From the human T2T-CHM13v2.0 reference genome, Homo sapiens, in assembly GCF_009914755.1 (NCBI RefSeq), contig NC_060947.1: a DNA stretch of 64,000 nucleotides; one strand, 5' to 3'. The position numbers and the translations under genes were made by a program. Of this stretch, positions 45,501 through 60,444 are shown in pieces. Each line of letters opens with the position of its first letter. Within the stretch, counting starts at the first letter, position 1. Under the pieces are notes generated by a model, which saw nothing but the letters and a program-made list of their open reading frames with translations, made no database searches and had not been told where the DNA came from.

Positions 45501-47151
45501 ATTCAGCATGACCAAGTAGGATTTATCCCTGGAATGCAATAATAGCTCAACATATGCAAATCAATGTAATATATTATATCAACAGAATGAAAGGCAAAAA
45601 ACATTATCTTTCCAATTGATGGTGAAAAAACATTTGATAAAATTCAAATGACTTCCTGATAAAAACCCTCAAAAAACTGGAGATCAAAGTAATATACCTA
45701 AGCATAATGACACACAAATGGGAAAGACCAACAGCTAGTATCATACCGAATGGGAAAAAAATGAAAGCCTTTTCTCTAAGATCTAGAACACAAAAAGGAT
45801 GTCCACTGTAACCACTGTTATTTAACATAGTACTAGAAGTCTTAGCTAGAGCTATCAAACAAGAGTAAGATATAAACGGCATCCAAATTGAAAAGTAATA
45901 AGTCAAATTATCCTTTTTTGGAGATGATGTGATATTATATTTGGAAAAAATGTACAGACTCCAAAAGAAAACTATTAGAACTGATAAACAAATTCAGCAA
46001 AGTTACAGGATACAAAATCAACGTATAGAAATAAGTAGCATGTTTATATGCCAACAGTGAACGTTGTAGAAAAGCAATTAAAAAGTCATCTCATTTATAA
46101 TAGTTATGAATAAAAAGTACCTAGGAAAAAACTTAACCAAAGTAGTAAAATATATTAGCGATGAAAATTATAAAACACTGATAAAATAAATTGAAGAGGA
46201 CCAAAAAATAGAAAGATATCCATGTTCATAAATTAGAAGAATCAATATTGTTAAAATGTCCATACTACCCAAGGCAATCTACAGATTTAACCCAACCACT
46301 ATCAAAATATCAAGAACATTCTTCACAGAAATAGAGAAAATAATCCTGAAATTTATATGGAACCATAAAAGATGCACTATATCCAAATCTATCACAAGCA
46401 TAAAGAAAAAAGCTGGAGAAATCAAATTAACTGACTAAGTTATACCACAGAGCAATAGTAACCAAAAAAGCACGGTACTGGAATAAAAATAGACACATAG
46501 ACCAATGAAACAGAATAGAAAACCCAGAAATAAATCTATACACCTACAATTAACTCATTTTCAAGAAAGATTTTAAGAGCATACATTAGAATAAGGACAA
46601 TCTCTTCAACAAATGGTGCTGGGAAAACTGGATATCCATATGCAGAAGAATGAAACTAGACCCCTATCTCTAGACATATACAAATCAAAATGAATGAAAG
46701 ACTTAATGCTAAGACCCCAAACTATGAACCTACTACAAAAAACTTTTGGGAAACTCTCCAGGACATGGAAGTGGACAAAAACCTTTTGAGCAATATCCCA
46801 CAGACACAGGCAACAAAAGAAAAATAGAAAAATGAGATCATATCAACATAAGAAGCTTCTGCACAGCAAAGGCAACAATCAACACAGTGAAGAGACAATC
46901 CACAGAATGAGAGAAAAATATTTGCAAACTACCCATTTAACAAGAGATCAACAACCAGAATATATAAGGAGCTTAAACAGTTCTATAAGAAAAAAATATA
47001 ATAATATTATTTTAAAATGGGCAAAAGATCTGAATAGACATTACTCAAAAAAGACATACAAATGGCAAAGAGGTATATGAAAAGGTGCTCAACATTACTG
47101 ATCATCAGGGAAACTCAAATCAAAAGTAAAATGAGATATCATTTCACCAAA

Positions 47152-47448
<297 letters not shown>

Positions 47449-48080
47449 TTCTTTTATCCAAAAGACAAGCAATAGCATATGCTGTCAAGAATGTGAAGCA
47501 AAGGAAACCCTCATAAACTGTTGGTGGGCATGTACATTAGTAAAACTGGTATGGATAACAGTTTGGAGGTCCCATAAAAAATTAAAATAGAGTTACCATA
47601 TGATCCAGCAATCCAGTGCCTAGATAAATACCCTAAAGAAAGGAAATCAGCATACTGAAGACTTATCTGCAGTCCCATGTTTTTTGCAGCATTATTCACA
47701 AAGATAAATTCTTAAAGACAATAAGGTACATATACAAAATGGAGTACTATTCAGCCACAACAGATAATGAGATACTGTCATTTGCAACAATTTGGATGGA
47801 ACTGTAAGGGATTATGTTAAGTGAAACAAGGCAGGCACAGAAAGACAAACATCACTTTTCTCACTTATCTGTGGGTGCTACAAAATAGAACAATTGAATT
47901 CATGGATATAGAGTATAAGAACGGTTTACCAGAAGCTGGCCAGAGTACTTAGGGTTGGGGAAGAGATGATTAATGGGTACCAAAAAAAGTTAAAAAGAAT
48001 AAATAAGACCCAGTATTTGCTAAAATAACAGGGTGGCTATAGTATAAACATGATTTAATTATACATTTTAAAATAATTTA

Positions 48081-51000
48081 GAGAAGTGGAGCAAGATGGT
48101 GAATTAGAAAGCTTCACATTCCATGCCCACAACAAGGACACCAAGTTAACAACTATCTACACATGAAAAAAAAAAAAAAACACCTTCCTAAGAACCAAAA
48201 ATCAGGTGAGCATACTACCTAGTTTTAATTTCATGTCACTGAAAGAGGTACTGAAGAAATAGAAAAAATAGTTCTGAATTACATATACCATGCCACCACC
48301 AACCCAGGAAGCAGCAGAATGGTGTGGAGAGCATCTCTGGGTGCTGGAAGTGGGAGAACACAGAAATTGTGAGGCATGGAAGTCCGTGCTGTCCTGTAAA
48401 ACAAGAAAGGAAAACCAGACAAATCTCAGATGATGCCCCCTCATGGAAGGAGCAACAGATAGTTTAAAAAGCAGGGAAATGATGTTAAGTTGTCAAAGTG
48501 TTATTAGTTTTCTTTTTGTCTGTTTGTTTGTTTATGCAAATAGTGTTAAGTTGTTATCAGGTTGAAATAATGAGTTACAAGACAGTATTTGCAATCCTCA
48601 TGGTAACTTCAAACCAAAAATCATACAGTGAACACACATACACAAAGCAAGAAGCTAAAAACCATATCATCAGAAAAAAGCACCTTCACTAGAGGAAGAC
48701 AGGAAGGAAAGAAAGAAGAAAGAGAAGACCACAAAACAACAAAAATAAAATAAAATGGCAGCAGTAAGTCCTTACATATCAATAATAATGTTGAGTGTAA
48801 ATGGACTGAGCTCTGCAATCAAAAGACAGAGACTGACTGAATGGATAAAAAAACAAGAACCATTGATCTCTTGCCTACAAGAAACACACTTCACCTATAA
48901 AGATACACATAGACTGAAAATAAAAGGATGAAAAAGGATATTCCATGCCAATGGAAACCATAAAAGAGCAGGAGTTGCTGTACTTATATCAGACAAAATA
49001 AATTTCAAGACAAAAACTATAAGAGACAAAGAAGTTCACTGTAAAATTATAAAAGGGTAAAATCAGCAAGAGAATAGAAAAATGTTAAATATATATTCAT
49101 CCAACACTGGAGCACCCAGATATATAAAGTAAATATTATTAGAGCTGAAAAAAAAGATAGGTCCCATTACAATAATACCTGGAGACTTTAACACCCCACT
49201 TTCACCATTGGACAGATCTTCAAGAGAGAAAGTAAAGAAAAATTAGACTTCATCTCTACTGTAGATCAAGTAAATTTAATAGATACTTACAGAACATTTC
49301 ACCCAAGACCTGCAGAACACATATTCTTTTCCTTAGCACATAGATCTTTCTCAAGGACAGATCATATGTTAGGTCACAAAACAAGTCTTAAAACATCACA
49401 AAATTGGAATAATATTAAGCATCATCTCTGACCACAATGGGCTTAAGCTAGAAATTAACAAGAAGAATTTTGGAAACTATGCAAACATGAAATTAAGCAA
49501 TATGCTCCTGAAAGGCTAGCTGGTCAATGTAGAAATTTATAAGGTAATTTAAAATTTTCTTGAAACAATGGATAATGGAAAGACAGTATACTAAAACCTG
49601 TGTGATACATCAAAAGCAGTACTATGAGGGAAATTTATAGCTAAAAGTACCTACAGCAAAAATGGAAAGACTTCAAATGAACAATCTAACAATGCATCTT
49701 AAAGTACTAGAAAAGCAAGAGAAAATCAAACCAAAATTAGTAGAAGAAAAGAAATAAAGATCATGGCAGAAATAAATGAAATTGAAATGAAAAAGGTAAT
49801 ACAAAATATTAATGAAACAAAAAGTTGTACTTTTAAAAAATTGACAATTGACAATCCTTTAGCCAGGCTAACTAAGAAAAAAAGAAGATTACAAATAAAT
49901 AAAATCAGAAATAAAAAAGGAGACATTGCGACTGATATTGAAAAAAATGAAAGGATCATTAGTGGCTACTATGAGAAACTATACACCAATAAATTTAAAA
50001 ATCTACAAAAAATGGACAAATTTCTAGATTCATGCAACCTGTCATGATTGAACCAGGAAGAAATCCAAAATGCAAACAGAGGACACAAAATCACAGAAAA
50101 ATATTTTATGTTCATGGATTGGACCATCAATATTGTTAAAATGTCTGTAACACAGAAGGCAATCTACAGATTCAATGCAATCCCTATCAAAATACCAATA
50201 ATATTCTTCATAGAAATTTAAAAAAATTCCAAAATGTATACAAATCCCCCCAACGCACAAAAATAGTCAAAGCTATCCTAAGCAAAAAGAACAAAACTGA
50301 AGGAATCACATTACTTGACTTCAAATTATACTACAGAGCTATAGTAACCAAAACAGCATGTTGCTGTAAAGACAGACATGTAGACCAGCGGAACAGAGTA
50401 GAAAACCCAGAGGAAAATCCACACACCTACAGCAAACTAATTTTCAAAATGGTGCCAAAAACATACACTGGGAGAAAGACAGTCTCTTCAATAAATGGTG
50501 CTGGGAAAACTGGATATCCATATGCAGAAGAATGAAACTAGATCTGTATCTCTCACCATATACAAAAATCAAATCAAAATTAATTAAAGATTTAAATCTA
50601 AGACTTCAAACTATGAAACTACTGGAATAAAACTTTGGGGAAACTCTCCAGGACATTGGTCTGGGCAGAAATTTATTGAGCAATATCCCACAAGCACAGG
50701 CAACCAAAACAAAAATGGACAAATAGGATCACATTAAGTTAACAAACTTCTGCACAGCAAAGAATACAATCAACAAAGTGAAGGGACAACCTACAGAATG
50801 GTAGAAATATTTGCAAACAGCTCATCTCACAAGGGATTAATAATTAGGATATTTAAGAAACTCCAACAGTTGTATAGGAAAAAATCTAATAATTTGATCA
50901 AAAGTTGGGCAAAAACAACTGAATAGATATTTCTCAAAAAAAGACACACAAAAGGCAAGCAGGCATATGAAAAGGTGCTCAACATTATTGCTCATCAGAG

Positions 51001-52259
51001 GAATGCAAATCAAAACTACACTAAGATATCATAGCACCCCAATTAAAATGGCTTCCATCCAAAAGGCAAAAACAAATGCTAGCAAAGATGTGGAGAAAAG
51101 GGAACCCTTGTACAGTATTGTTGAGAAACTATATTAGTACAACCACTATGGAGAACTCTTTGGAAGTTCCTCACAAATCTGAAATTGCACCACCATATTG
51201 ATATGTTTTGACTCTGTGTTCCACCCATATCTCATGTGGAATTGGTAATCCCCACATGTCATGGGGTGGGGACCTGGTGGGAGGTGATTGGATCATGGGG
51301 GTGGATATACTGCATGCTGTTCTCATGATAGTGAGATCTCATGAGATCTGATAGTTTAAAAGTGTGGCACTCCCTGCCTTGCTCTCTCTCTTTCCTTCCA
51401 CCATGTAAGACATGCCTTGCTTCCCTTTCACCTTCTATCATAATTATAAGTTTCCTGAGGCCTCCCCATCCATGCAGAACTCTGAGCCAATTAACATCTT
51501 CTCTTCATAAATTACCCAGTCTCAGGTAGTTCTTTATAGCAGTGTGAAAACGGAACTAATACACATGATCCAGCAATCCCACTACTGTATATATACCCCA
51601 AAGAAAGGAAATTGGCATATCAAAGAGACACCTGCACTTCTATATTTGTTACAGCACTGTTTACAATAGCTGATTTGGCTAACCTAAGTTTCCCCCAACA
51701 GATTAATGGATAAAGACAATGTGGTACTTACACACAATGGAGTACTATTCAGCCATAAAAAAGAATGAAATCCAGTCATTTTCAGCAACATGGATGGAAC
51801 TGGAGATCATCGTGTTAAGTGAAATAAGCCAGGCACAGTAAGACAAACATTGCATGTTCTCACTTATTTGTGGGATCTAAAAATCAAAACAATTAAACTC
51901 ATGGACATAGAGACTAGAAGGATGGTTACCAGAGGCTGGGAAGGGTGTTGAGCGGCTGGTGGGGAGGTGGAGTGGTTAATGGGTATAACAATATAGTTAA
52001 AAATAATGGATAAGGCCTGCTATTTGACAGTACAATAGGGTGACTATAGTCAATAATAACATAGCTGTACATTTTAAAATGAAGAGTGTAATTGGATTGT
52101 TTGTAACTCAAAGAATTAAATGCTTAAGGGGACAGATGGACTATTCTGCATTAATGTGTTTATTTCACCTTGCATGCTTGTATCAAACATCTCATGTACC
52201 CCATATACATATATACACCTACTGTGTACCCACAAACATTTGTTAAAGTAATACATAAA
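48081..52259 (+). mobile_element. L1MA (about MA1-MA2) with its own 5' end; most of ORF1 and the RT region deleted
   Basis: 5' ggagcaagatgg (YY1-type) start and TSD AAAATAA(T/C)TTA at 48070-48080 and 52260-52270. Confidence 0.82.
51199..51563. mobile_element. THE1-type (THE1D-like) MaLR solo LTR
   Basis: tgatatg...ctttatagcagtgtgaaaacggaactaataca, ~365 bp with TG...CA ends, splitting the L1 motif ccatatgatccagc. Confidence 0.88.
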
Positions 52260-52600
52260 AAAATAACTTAAAGAGTATAATTGGATTGTTTGAAACACAG
52301 AGGAAAAATGCTTGATGTAATTGTTACACATTGCATGCCTGTATCAAAATATCTCATGTAACTCATAAATATATACACCTACTATGTACCCATGCAAAGT
52401 TTTTTAAAAATTAAAAAATGATGAAAAACAAGTGCTGGCATGAATGTTGAGAAAGAGGAATCCTTGTACACTGCAGCTGAAATGTAAATTAGTGTATAGA
52501 CATTATAAAAATATGGAAATTTCTCAAATAATTAAAAATAAACTACCATGACTCAATAATCCCACTAGTTAGTATACATCTAAAAGAAATTCATTCATTA

Positions 52601-54767
52601 CTGGCATACCTGAGAGATATTGTAGGTTCAGTTCCAGACCACTGAAACAAAGCAAAAGGAGCAATAAAGAAAGTAACACAAATGTTTTGGTTTCCTAGTG
52701 CATGTAAATGTTATATTTATGCTATAACATACTCTATTAAGAGTGTAATAGCATTATGTCTAAAAAAAGTACATAGGTTAATTTAAAAATATTTTATTTC
52801 TAAAAAATTGATTATGGTTATCTGAGCCTTTAGCAAATCATTATAATCTTTTTGCAGAGGAGGATCTCTCCTTGATGTTCATGGCTTCTGACTAATCAGA
52901 GTAATGGTTGCTGAAGGTTGGCGTGACTGTAGCAACTTCTTAAAATAAGACAACAGTGATGTTTGCCACATCAATTGACCTTTCCTTTCACAAATGATTT
53001 ATCTGTAATACGTGATGCTCTTTGACAACATTTTACCCACAGTAGAACTTCCTTCAAAATTGGAGTCATCTTCTCAAACTCTGCTGCAGATTTATCAACA
53101 AAGTTTATGTAATATTCTACATTCTTTGTTGTAATTTCCATAATGTTCACAGCATCATCACCAATAGTAGATTCCATCTTAGCAAACCACTTTTTTGTGC
53201 TCATCCATAAGAAGCAATTCCTCATTCATTCAAGCTTTATCATGAGATTGAAGCAACTAAATCACATCTTCAGGCTCCACTTATGATTCTAATTCTCTTG
53301 CTTTTTCACCACATCTGCAATTACTTCCTCCACTGAAGTCTTGGAAACCTCAAAGTCATCCATGAGAGTTCTCATCAACATTTCCCAGATCCCCATTAAT
53401 GTTGACATGACCTCTTCTAATGAACCACACATATTTTTAATGACATTTAGAGTGGTGAATCATCTCCAGAAGGTTTTCAATTTACTTCACCCAGATCCAT
53501 CAAAGGAATCACTATCTATGGAAGCTATAGCCTATGAAATCTATGTTTTGAATAATAAGACTTGAAATTCAAAATTACCCCTTAATCTATGGGCTGAAGA
53601 ATGGATATTGTGCTAACAGGCATGAAAACAACATTAATTTCCTATACATCTTCATCAGAGTTCTTGAGTGACTAGGTGCTTTGTCAATGAGCAATATTAT
53701 GAACTAAATCTTTCTGAGCAGTAGGTATCCAGAGTGGGCTTAAAATATTCAGTAAATCATTCTTTAAACAGATGTGCTGTCATTCAGCTTTATTGTTCAA
53801 TTTGTAGAGCACAGGCAGAGTAAATTTAGCACAAATCATAAGGTCCCTAGGATTTTAAGAATGGTAAATGAGTATTGGTTTCAATTTAAAGTCACCAACT
53901 GCATTAGTCCCTAACAAGAGAGTCAGCCTGACCTTTAAATCTTTGAAGACAGACATTGAGCTATCTCCAGCTTTGAAAGTCCTAGATGGCAACTTTTTCA
54001 ATATAAGACTTTTTCATCTATATTGAAAATCTTTTGTTTACTGTAGACCCTTCGTCAATGATCTGGGTAACTTCCTTCAACTTTTACATCAGCACTTGCT
54101 GATTCATCTTGCACTTTCATGTTGTGGAGATTGCTCCTTTCCTTAAACCTCATGAACCAACCTCTGCTACCTTCCTACTTTTCTTCTGCCACTTCTTCAT
54201 CTCTATCAGCCTTCATAGAATTAAAGGGAGTTAACGCTTTGCTCTAGATTAAACTCTTGCTAAAGAGAATGTTGTGGCTGATTTAATCTTCTATCCAAAC
54301 CAATAAAACTTTCTGTCTATTAGCAATAAGGCTGTTTGACTTTGTTATCATTCATGTGTTCACTGGAGTAGCAATTTTAATTTAATTCATAAACTTTTTC
54401 TTTGTATTCACAACTTTACTCTTTGGCACAAGAGGCTTAGCATTTGACCTATATAAGCTTTTGACATGCCTTCCTCAGTAAGCTTAATCATATCTAGCTT
54501 TTGATTTAAGGTGAGAGACATGTGAATCTCCCTTTCACTAGAACACTTTTGGCCATTTTAGGGTTATTAATTGGCCTAAATTTCTATTTTGTTTTGTTTT
54601 GGGGGATAGAGAGGGGCAAGTAGAAGGAAAGTGACAGGGAAGTGGCCAGTGAGTAGAGCGGTCAGAACACACATTATCGATTTCATTCACTGTCATATGG
54701 GCATGGTTTGTGGTGCTCCAAAACAATTACCAGAATAATATTAAAGATAACTGATCACAGATCACAG
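52601..54767 (-). mobile_element. Tigger1 DNA transposon, 5' end truncated, transposase decayed
   Basis: TA followed by terminal ctggcatacctgagagatattg. Minus strand from ~54556 gives the Tigger1 N-terminus ([19 protein letters not shown]); ORF 52971-53225 has [22 protein letters not shown]. Confidence 0.9.
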
Positions 54768-54769
54768 AA

Positions 54770-55470
54770 GAAAAGACTTGAGAGGTTAGATGGTATAGGA
54801 AACAAATCAGTTGCCACCTTCAGGTGTTAGAGGACCTGTCATGAAGAATGGGGAGGATAAGACTTGCTTAGTCTTGCCTCAGGTAAAGGAAGGAGGACAG
54901 TTGTTTAGAATGTATAGAGATAAGACTACCCACATGGTCTCCACCAGTAACACAGTCTCCACTGGTAACACAGTGGGTGGTGTTAAAAGTTCAGTCTCCC
55001 CATCTAGCGTTCTAGAACTAAATAAAGTATACTCATGGTGGAGGAGGGGAGTTAGGGGGCACCTTGCTAGAGCCTGGCAAGGGTGAAAGTCTATGCTCCG
55101 CATCCGGCCATTGCCACAGTTGTTGTTTTTCCTCTGGTGTTTGGTTGTAGTGGAGCTGTCATTTAAAAATTTTGTGTGTTGCTGAGCTGCTACTTTGGAT
55201 GGCTTTTTGGGGGGCTTTTTCTATGTCCTTTGGCATTACCACATTGTCAGATTCTCCAGTATCCAGTCTGGGATAGGTGACGCAAAAAGAAAACACAAAG
55301 AACTCACTGTGCTGTCACTCCTTAGATCTCAAAGATGCTAGTCATTCTTCCTTTCTTTCTCCACCTTTCAGTCTTCTTATCCTTGTTTTATATATAATGT
55401 CCAGAGTATTTAGCTGTACTCAGTGGGAGGAATAGAGAAAAGTATGTCTACTTATCTAACCTTTCACAAA
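54770..55470 (-). mobile_element. Old L1M 5'-end relic
   Basis: ttttatatataatgtccagagtatttagctgtactcagtgggaggaatagagaaaagta. Confidence 0.55.
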
Positions 55471-55669
55471 ACTGTCCATTGATCAAATGGGCAAATGAGA
55501 GAGATAACAAATTCCCTTTTATTAGAGATATTCAAACGGAATTGGGAACAATCGATTTGGCTACTAATGCTATAGTAGTCAAATAAATTAAGCATCAAAT
55601 GGTGAGCTGAACAGAAAGATCTCAAAATTTATTTCTAATCTATAGATTCTATATTACCATGATTTTATA

Positions 55670-56180
55670 CACATTTAATCCTTTCAATCAAGTACTTAGT
55701 GGGTTCTGTATGCCAACCATTGTGCTGAGTGCTGGGCACATAGCAGTAAATAAAAACAAAAAAGTTCTCAATTCTCACATAATTTGTTCTAGAGAGGGGA
55801 GACTGACAAGTAAACAAATATTATCAAGATAATTTCAGATATAAGTTGGGGGAGGGGGCATAAAAGACCACTTTAAATGGGGTAGTCCACAAAGACCTCT
55901 CCCAGGAGGTGATACATGAGCTAGTATTTTAATAAGGAGCCAGTCCTGTGCAATTAAGGGGAGAAGGCTGCAGACAGATGAAATAGCAATTTGCAAAGGT
56001 GGGAACAAGTCAGTTGGGTTAAATGAACAAAAGAAACCAATGTGATTTTAGCATAGTAGATAAGTGGAGAGATCATGTTGGACCTTATATACCAAGATAA
56101 AGGATTTTTATTTTATCCTGAGTTAGATTAAAGACACTTGGAGCGTTTTAAGAAAGCAACATTATCTGATTCATGTGCAG
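55670..56180 (-). mobile_element. L2 fragment (a further part lies at ~57500-57880)
   Basis: Starts with the antisense L2 tail (tcaatcaagtacttagtg...tgtatgccaaccattgtgctgagtgctggg). Confidence 0.65.
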
Positions 56181-56489
56181 CAGATTTGGTGAACAGTGCT
56201 ACTCAGCAGAATACAAGTATAAAACAGTTTTGCTTTTCTTCAATACCTTCTTGTGATGTCAAATCCTTTATTTGCTGAGTAACAAATCTTTTCTTAATAA
56301 TGTCTTGGGCAGATTCCACAACTACCTGGTCACGTTTCTTATTAAATTTGACCCAGTCTAAAAATCATAATTTCATGTCAGGTGCAAACCTTTCCCTCCT
56401 GTATCACATGCCAGGTCTGTAGCTTGAGGTGCCTAAATTGTAAAGATGATCTAGAATCCTTTCTTGTCTATCTCCAGTACTTTGGAATT

Positions 56490-56548
56490 GTTGTGCATGT
56501 GTGTATGTCTGTGTGTGTGTGTATGTGTGTGTGTGTGTGTGCATGTGT
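56490..56548. repeat. Imperfect (TG)n microsatellite
   Basis: Read directly. Confidence 0.93.
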
Positions 56549-58596
56549 AGGGGGGCTGTGTGAAGTTCTGTAGCTCCCTTTTTCTCCACTTCCCTTTTCA
56601 GGACCCAACTACTCTGGTCTTGGGGGAATGGGAAAAGGGAACAGGGAAGTAAAGGCAAACATCTCCTAACTGCTAATACTTGAGGTTCTCTCTGCTGGTG
56701 TTCTTGTCTTCTCAGGATAATTGAATACCAATGCCTTTTGAGTTAAAAAGGCTCACCTCTGGGTATTGGGGGCTTCCCTACTGTTTCATTTCCTAACGTG
56801 AGAAATCCAGCTCCAGTTCACCCTCTTCAGCCTCTCTCAGATGTCACTCGCACCTGCAAACCCCAAAGTTTCTTGCTGCTGGGGAACACTTGCCTTGTAG
56901 CAAGCCCTCTTGTATGGGACCCAGCAAAGCAGCTCAAGTTTAGCCATCCTCTGGGGTGACTACTAGATGCACAGGAAACATATTTATCTTTGCAAACTGG
57001 GTAATAAAATGTTAGGTTTCTTTTTCTATTTTGAAGGCTCCCACAATTGCTTTGAGTGATTCTCTTGTCTTGAAGAACACCTTCACTTGGCTCAAGGGTA
57101 AGGACACTTGTACCACTGACCTGTAAAAGTGAGAAAAAAAAAACTCTATATTGTCCATTAGGCCAATGATGCACAAGTCTCAGAGTCCTTCCTCCTACCC
57201 GTTATATGCTGCTAACATGCTAGGTGGTAACAGAGGTACTTGGATGGACTGTGACAACGATGGTGTTGCTACCTTCCAGAAAGCCTTTGGCAGAATATTT
57301 GGTCCCAGTTTTTGGCAATATTCTTTATTGTGAGGCACTTTGCATCCCTCCTTCTTCTTCTCCTCATCCTTTCTCATTTTCTTCCCTTTCTTCTTTCTTT
57401 TCTTTTTTAAAGTTCCTTATCTAGGCAATCATTATCAAAGTCAGGGCAACAGGAATATTCACATTCACCACACTGTAATATATTTTTATTTTAAAAAACA
57501 TTACTCTGACTTCTGTGTAGTGAATGAATTGTAAGGGAAAAAGTGGAAGTAGGGATACTATTAGGGAGCTGGTACAGTAATCCAGATGAGATGTAATAGA
57601 AGCTTGGACCAGGTTGGTAGCAGAGTTGATAAGGATTAGTAGTAGTTAGATTCAAAATACAGTTGTGACATGTCAATAGAATGCATATAGTAACACACAA
57701 ATAAAGATGACTACTAAGTTTTTGGCTTGAACAACTGGCTGGAAAGTGGTGCTAATTACTGACCTGGATAACAATAAGAGAAGAACTGGTTTGGGTGAAA
57801 GCTGTGTTTTGGCCATGTTAGGTTTAAGATGCCTATTAATCACCAATGAGAGATATCTGAATAAGAAGAATGAAACAAAATTAGATTCTCGTGTCACTGA
57901 GGTGGCTACAGCAGAAACTTTATAGGTATCTGGCTCATCAGTAATGAGATACCCATGTGGTATCTAGTTCAACCTATGAGCCAGAACTTCAGTCTTTCCA
58001 ATGACCTATGCCATGTTTTTCTTCACAAATGCAACCATTCTGGCTCACCATAATACCTAACAAAAATCTTCTGTGCAATAGTAAATACCAATACATTGAG
58101 CAAAAGGTTCTTACAAACCTCAGTATAAGAACACCTTGAGAATGGCATTACTGAATATAAACCACCCTTCTTTTTAACTGCCTTGTCATCCACAGCATAG
58201 AACTTTGCTCAGCTGTAGAAAGATAAAGGCATGAAGATGGTCACTGGGGACAGCTAGAGATAAGACAATCTACATAGTGGGGACAGGTGGACAATGATTG
58301 CCAAATAAATTTGCTGGGTGTGTGAGAGTCAATCAACTCTACAACTGCTTCCCTTATTACTCCTTTATAAGTAGTCCTGGTTCCAAATATCTTCCAGGGT
58401 GTCAGTTTCAGATAAGGTGATCCCATCAATTAGGTCATCAGGTACATAGAGCTGGAAACTTCTGGCAATATTTTCAATTCTGGAGGCCAGAAAAGCAATA
58501 GTAAATACTATTACACTGAGCAAGAGGCTCTGGCAGATCTCAGGCAATGGAAGACCTCCTCTGCTAAAAGTTTTCTCCTTGAGTATCTTTCTGACT

Positions 58597-58977
58597 ATAG
58601 TGTGTTGAATGATGATCCCCCAAAAGAGGAAAAGTATTAAGTTAAGGATCTCGAGATGAGATGAAGATTATCCAGATAGGCCCTATCTCCAATGACAAAT
58701 GTTTTTATAAGAGACACACAGCAAGAAGGAAAAGGCCATGTGAAGGCTGAGGTAGAGATTGGATTTATGCAGACACAAGCCAAGAAACACCTGGAGCCAC
58801 CAGAAGCTAGAAGAGATAAGGAAGGTATTCTCCCCTAGAGCTTTCAGAGAGAGTGCATCCCTCCTAACAACTTGATTTCTGACAGCTACGTAACCTCCAG
58901 AACTGTGCAAAATATGAATTTCTGTTGTTTTAAGCCACCAAGTTGTGGTAGTTTGTTATGTTAGCCCTAGCAAATAC
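58597..58977 (+). mobile_element. MLT1 (B/C-like) MaLR LTR
   Basis: gagccaccagaagctagaagag...ttctcccctagagc...aatttctgttgttttaagccacc. Confidence 0.82.
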
Positions 58978-59353
58978 TGCCTCACTTTCTTTATCTCCCT
59001 TATTAAAACATAACATACATGCATAAACATATACATAAGTGTACAGCTCAATACATTTTCACAAACTGAACATGCTCAAGTAATCAGCACCCAGATCAAT
59101 GTATAAAAGCTTCAACACCCTAGAAGTCCTCCTTGTGCCCCATTCTAGTCTACCCACCCTAAGGGTAACCGCTATTAGAACGTCTAACAGCATAGATTAG
59201 TTTTAACTGTTTTTGTCATTTATATGAATAGAAACATACAGTTTACATTCATTTCTGGCTTCCTTTACTTGATTGTGAAATTATTCCATACTGTTGCACA
59301 TATCTGCAGAGGTTTTTTTATTGCTGTAGAGTATTCCTCATACAGAATGTTTT

Positions 59354-59628
59354 ATTTTTCTTTTCTTTTTTTTTCTTTTCTTTTTTTTTCTTTATTTCTT
59401 CTAAAAAAAAACCGGGATATATATGCAGAATGTGCAGGTTTTTTACATAGGTCTACCTATGCCATGGTGGTTTGCTCTATCTATTGACCCATCCTCTAAG
59501 TTCGCTCCCCTCACCCCCACCCCCCAACAGGCCCTGGTGTGTGTTGTTCCCCTCTCTGTGTCCATGTGTTCTCCATGTCCAACTCCCACTTATGAGTGAG
59601 AACATCCTGTGTTTGGCTTTCTGTTCTT
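59354..59628 (-). mobile_element. 5'-truncated L1PA (PA7/PA8-like) 3'UTR with a perfect 14-bp TSD
   Basis: ATACAGAATGTTTT at 59340-59353 and 59629-59642. Confidence 0.9.
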
Positions 59629-60444
59629 ATACAGAATGTTTTTATCCATTTTATCCATTCTACTGTTGCTTTGCATATGAGGAGTTTCTAGGTTTGGGCC
59701 ACTACAAATAGTGCTGTTATGAACATTCTTGAACACGTCTGTTGATGAGCATATTTCTGTTAGTTAGATACCTAGGAGCAGAATCAGTAGGTCATAGGGT
59801 ATGCTTATGTTCAGTTTTAGCAGGTATTGTAAAACAGTTTTCCTATGTAGTCATACCTGTTTGCATTCCTACCAAAACTGTATGGGAGTTTCAGCTGTTC
59901 CACATCCTCACCAAAACTTGATATTTTCCAACTTTTTAAATTTTAGTCATTCTGATGAGTGTCAGTGTTACATTACTGTGGTTTCAATTTGTATTTCTTT
60001 GATTACTAATGAAACTGGGCACTTCATATGCTTATTGGGTATTTGAATACATTTAAGTCAAATATCTTCAAGTCTCTTTTCTATTTTCCTAATAAGTTGT
60101 CTTTTGTACTAATTTGTATAAGTTATTTATATATTCTGCATATGAGTCCTTTGCTGGATGTATTGCAAATATCCTCTCCAAGTTGGTGAGTTGCCTTTTC
60201 TCTCTTGGCATAACATCTTTTAAAGAGTAGAAGTTCCTGATTTTAATTTAGTTTGTGTGATAAATTTTACCTTTAAGAATGGGGCTTTTGTGTCCTGTTT
60301 TAGAAATCTTTGCCTACTCCAAGGTCATAAAAATGTTTTACATGTTTTTAAAAAGATGTATTGTTTTGCCCTTTACTTTAGATCTGTATATATCTGGAGT
60401 CGGTTTTCAGTTATGGTGTGATAGAAATTAAGATGTAGTTTTCA

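Noticed and set aside
52080-52420. Tandem duplication of an L1 3' end
   Set aside because: Better explained by nested insertion, with the TSD at 48070-48080 and 52260-52270.
52971-54556. Domesticated TIGD1-like transposase gene
   Set aside because: The frame is broken repeatedly and the sequence sits within a Tigger1 copy with a terminal repeat.
54937-54976. Short duplication gtctccaccagtaacaca / gtctccactggtaacaca
   Set aside because: An 18-bp slippage in an old repeat with no functional clue.
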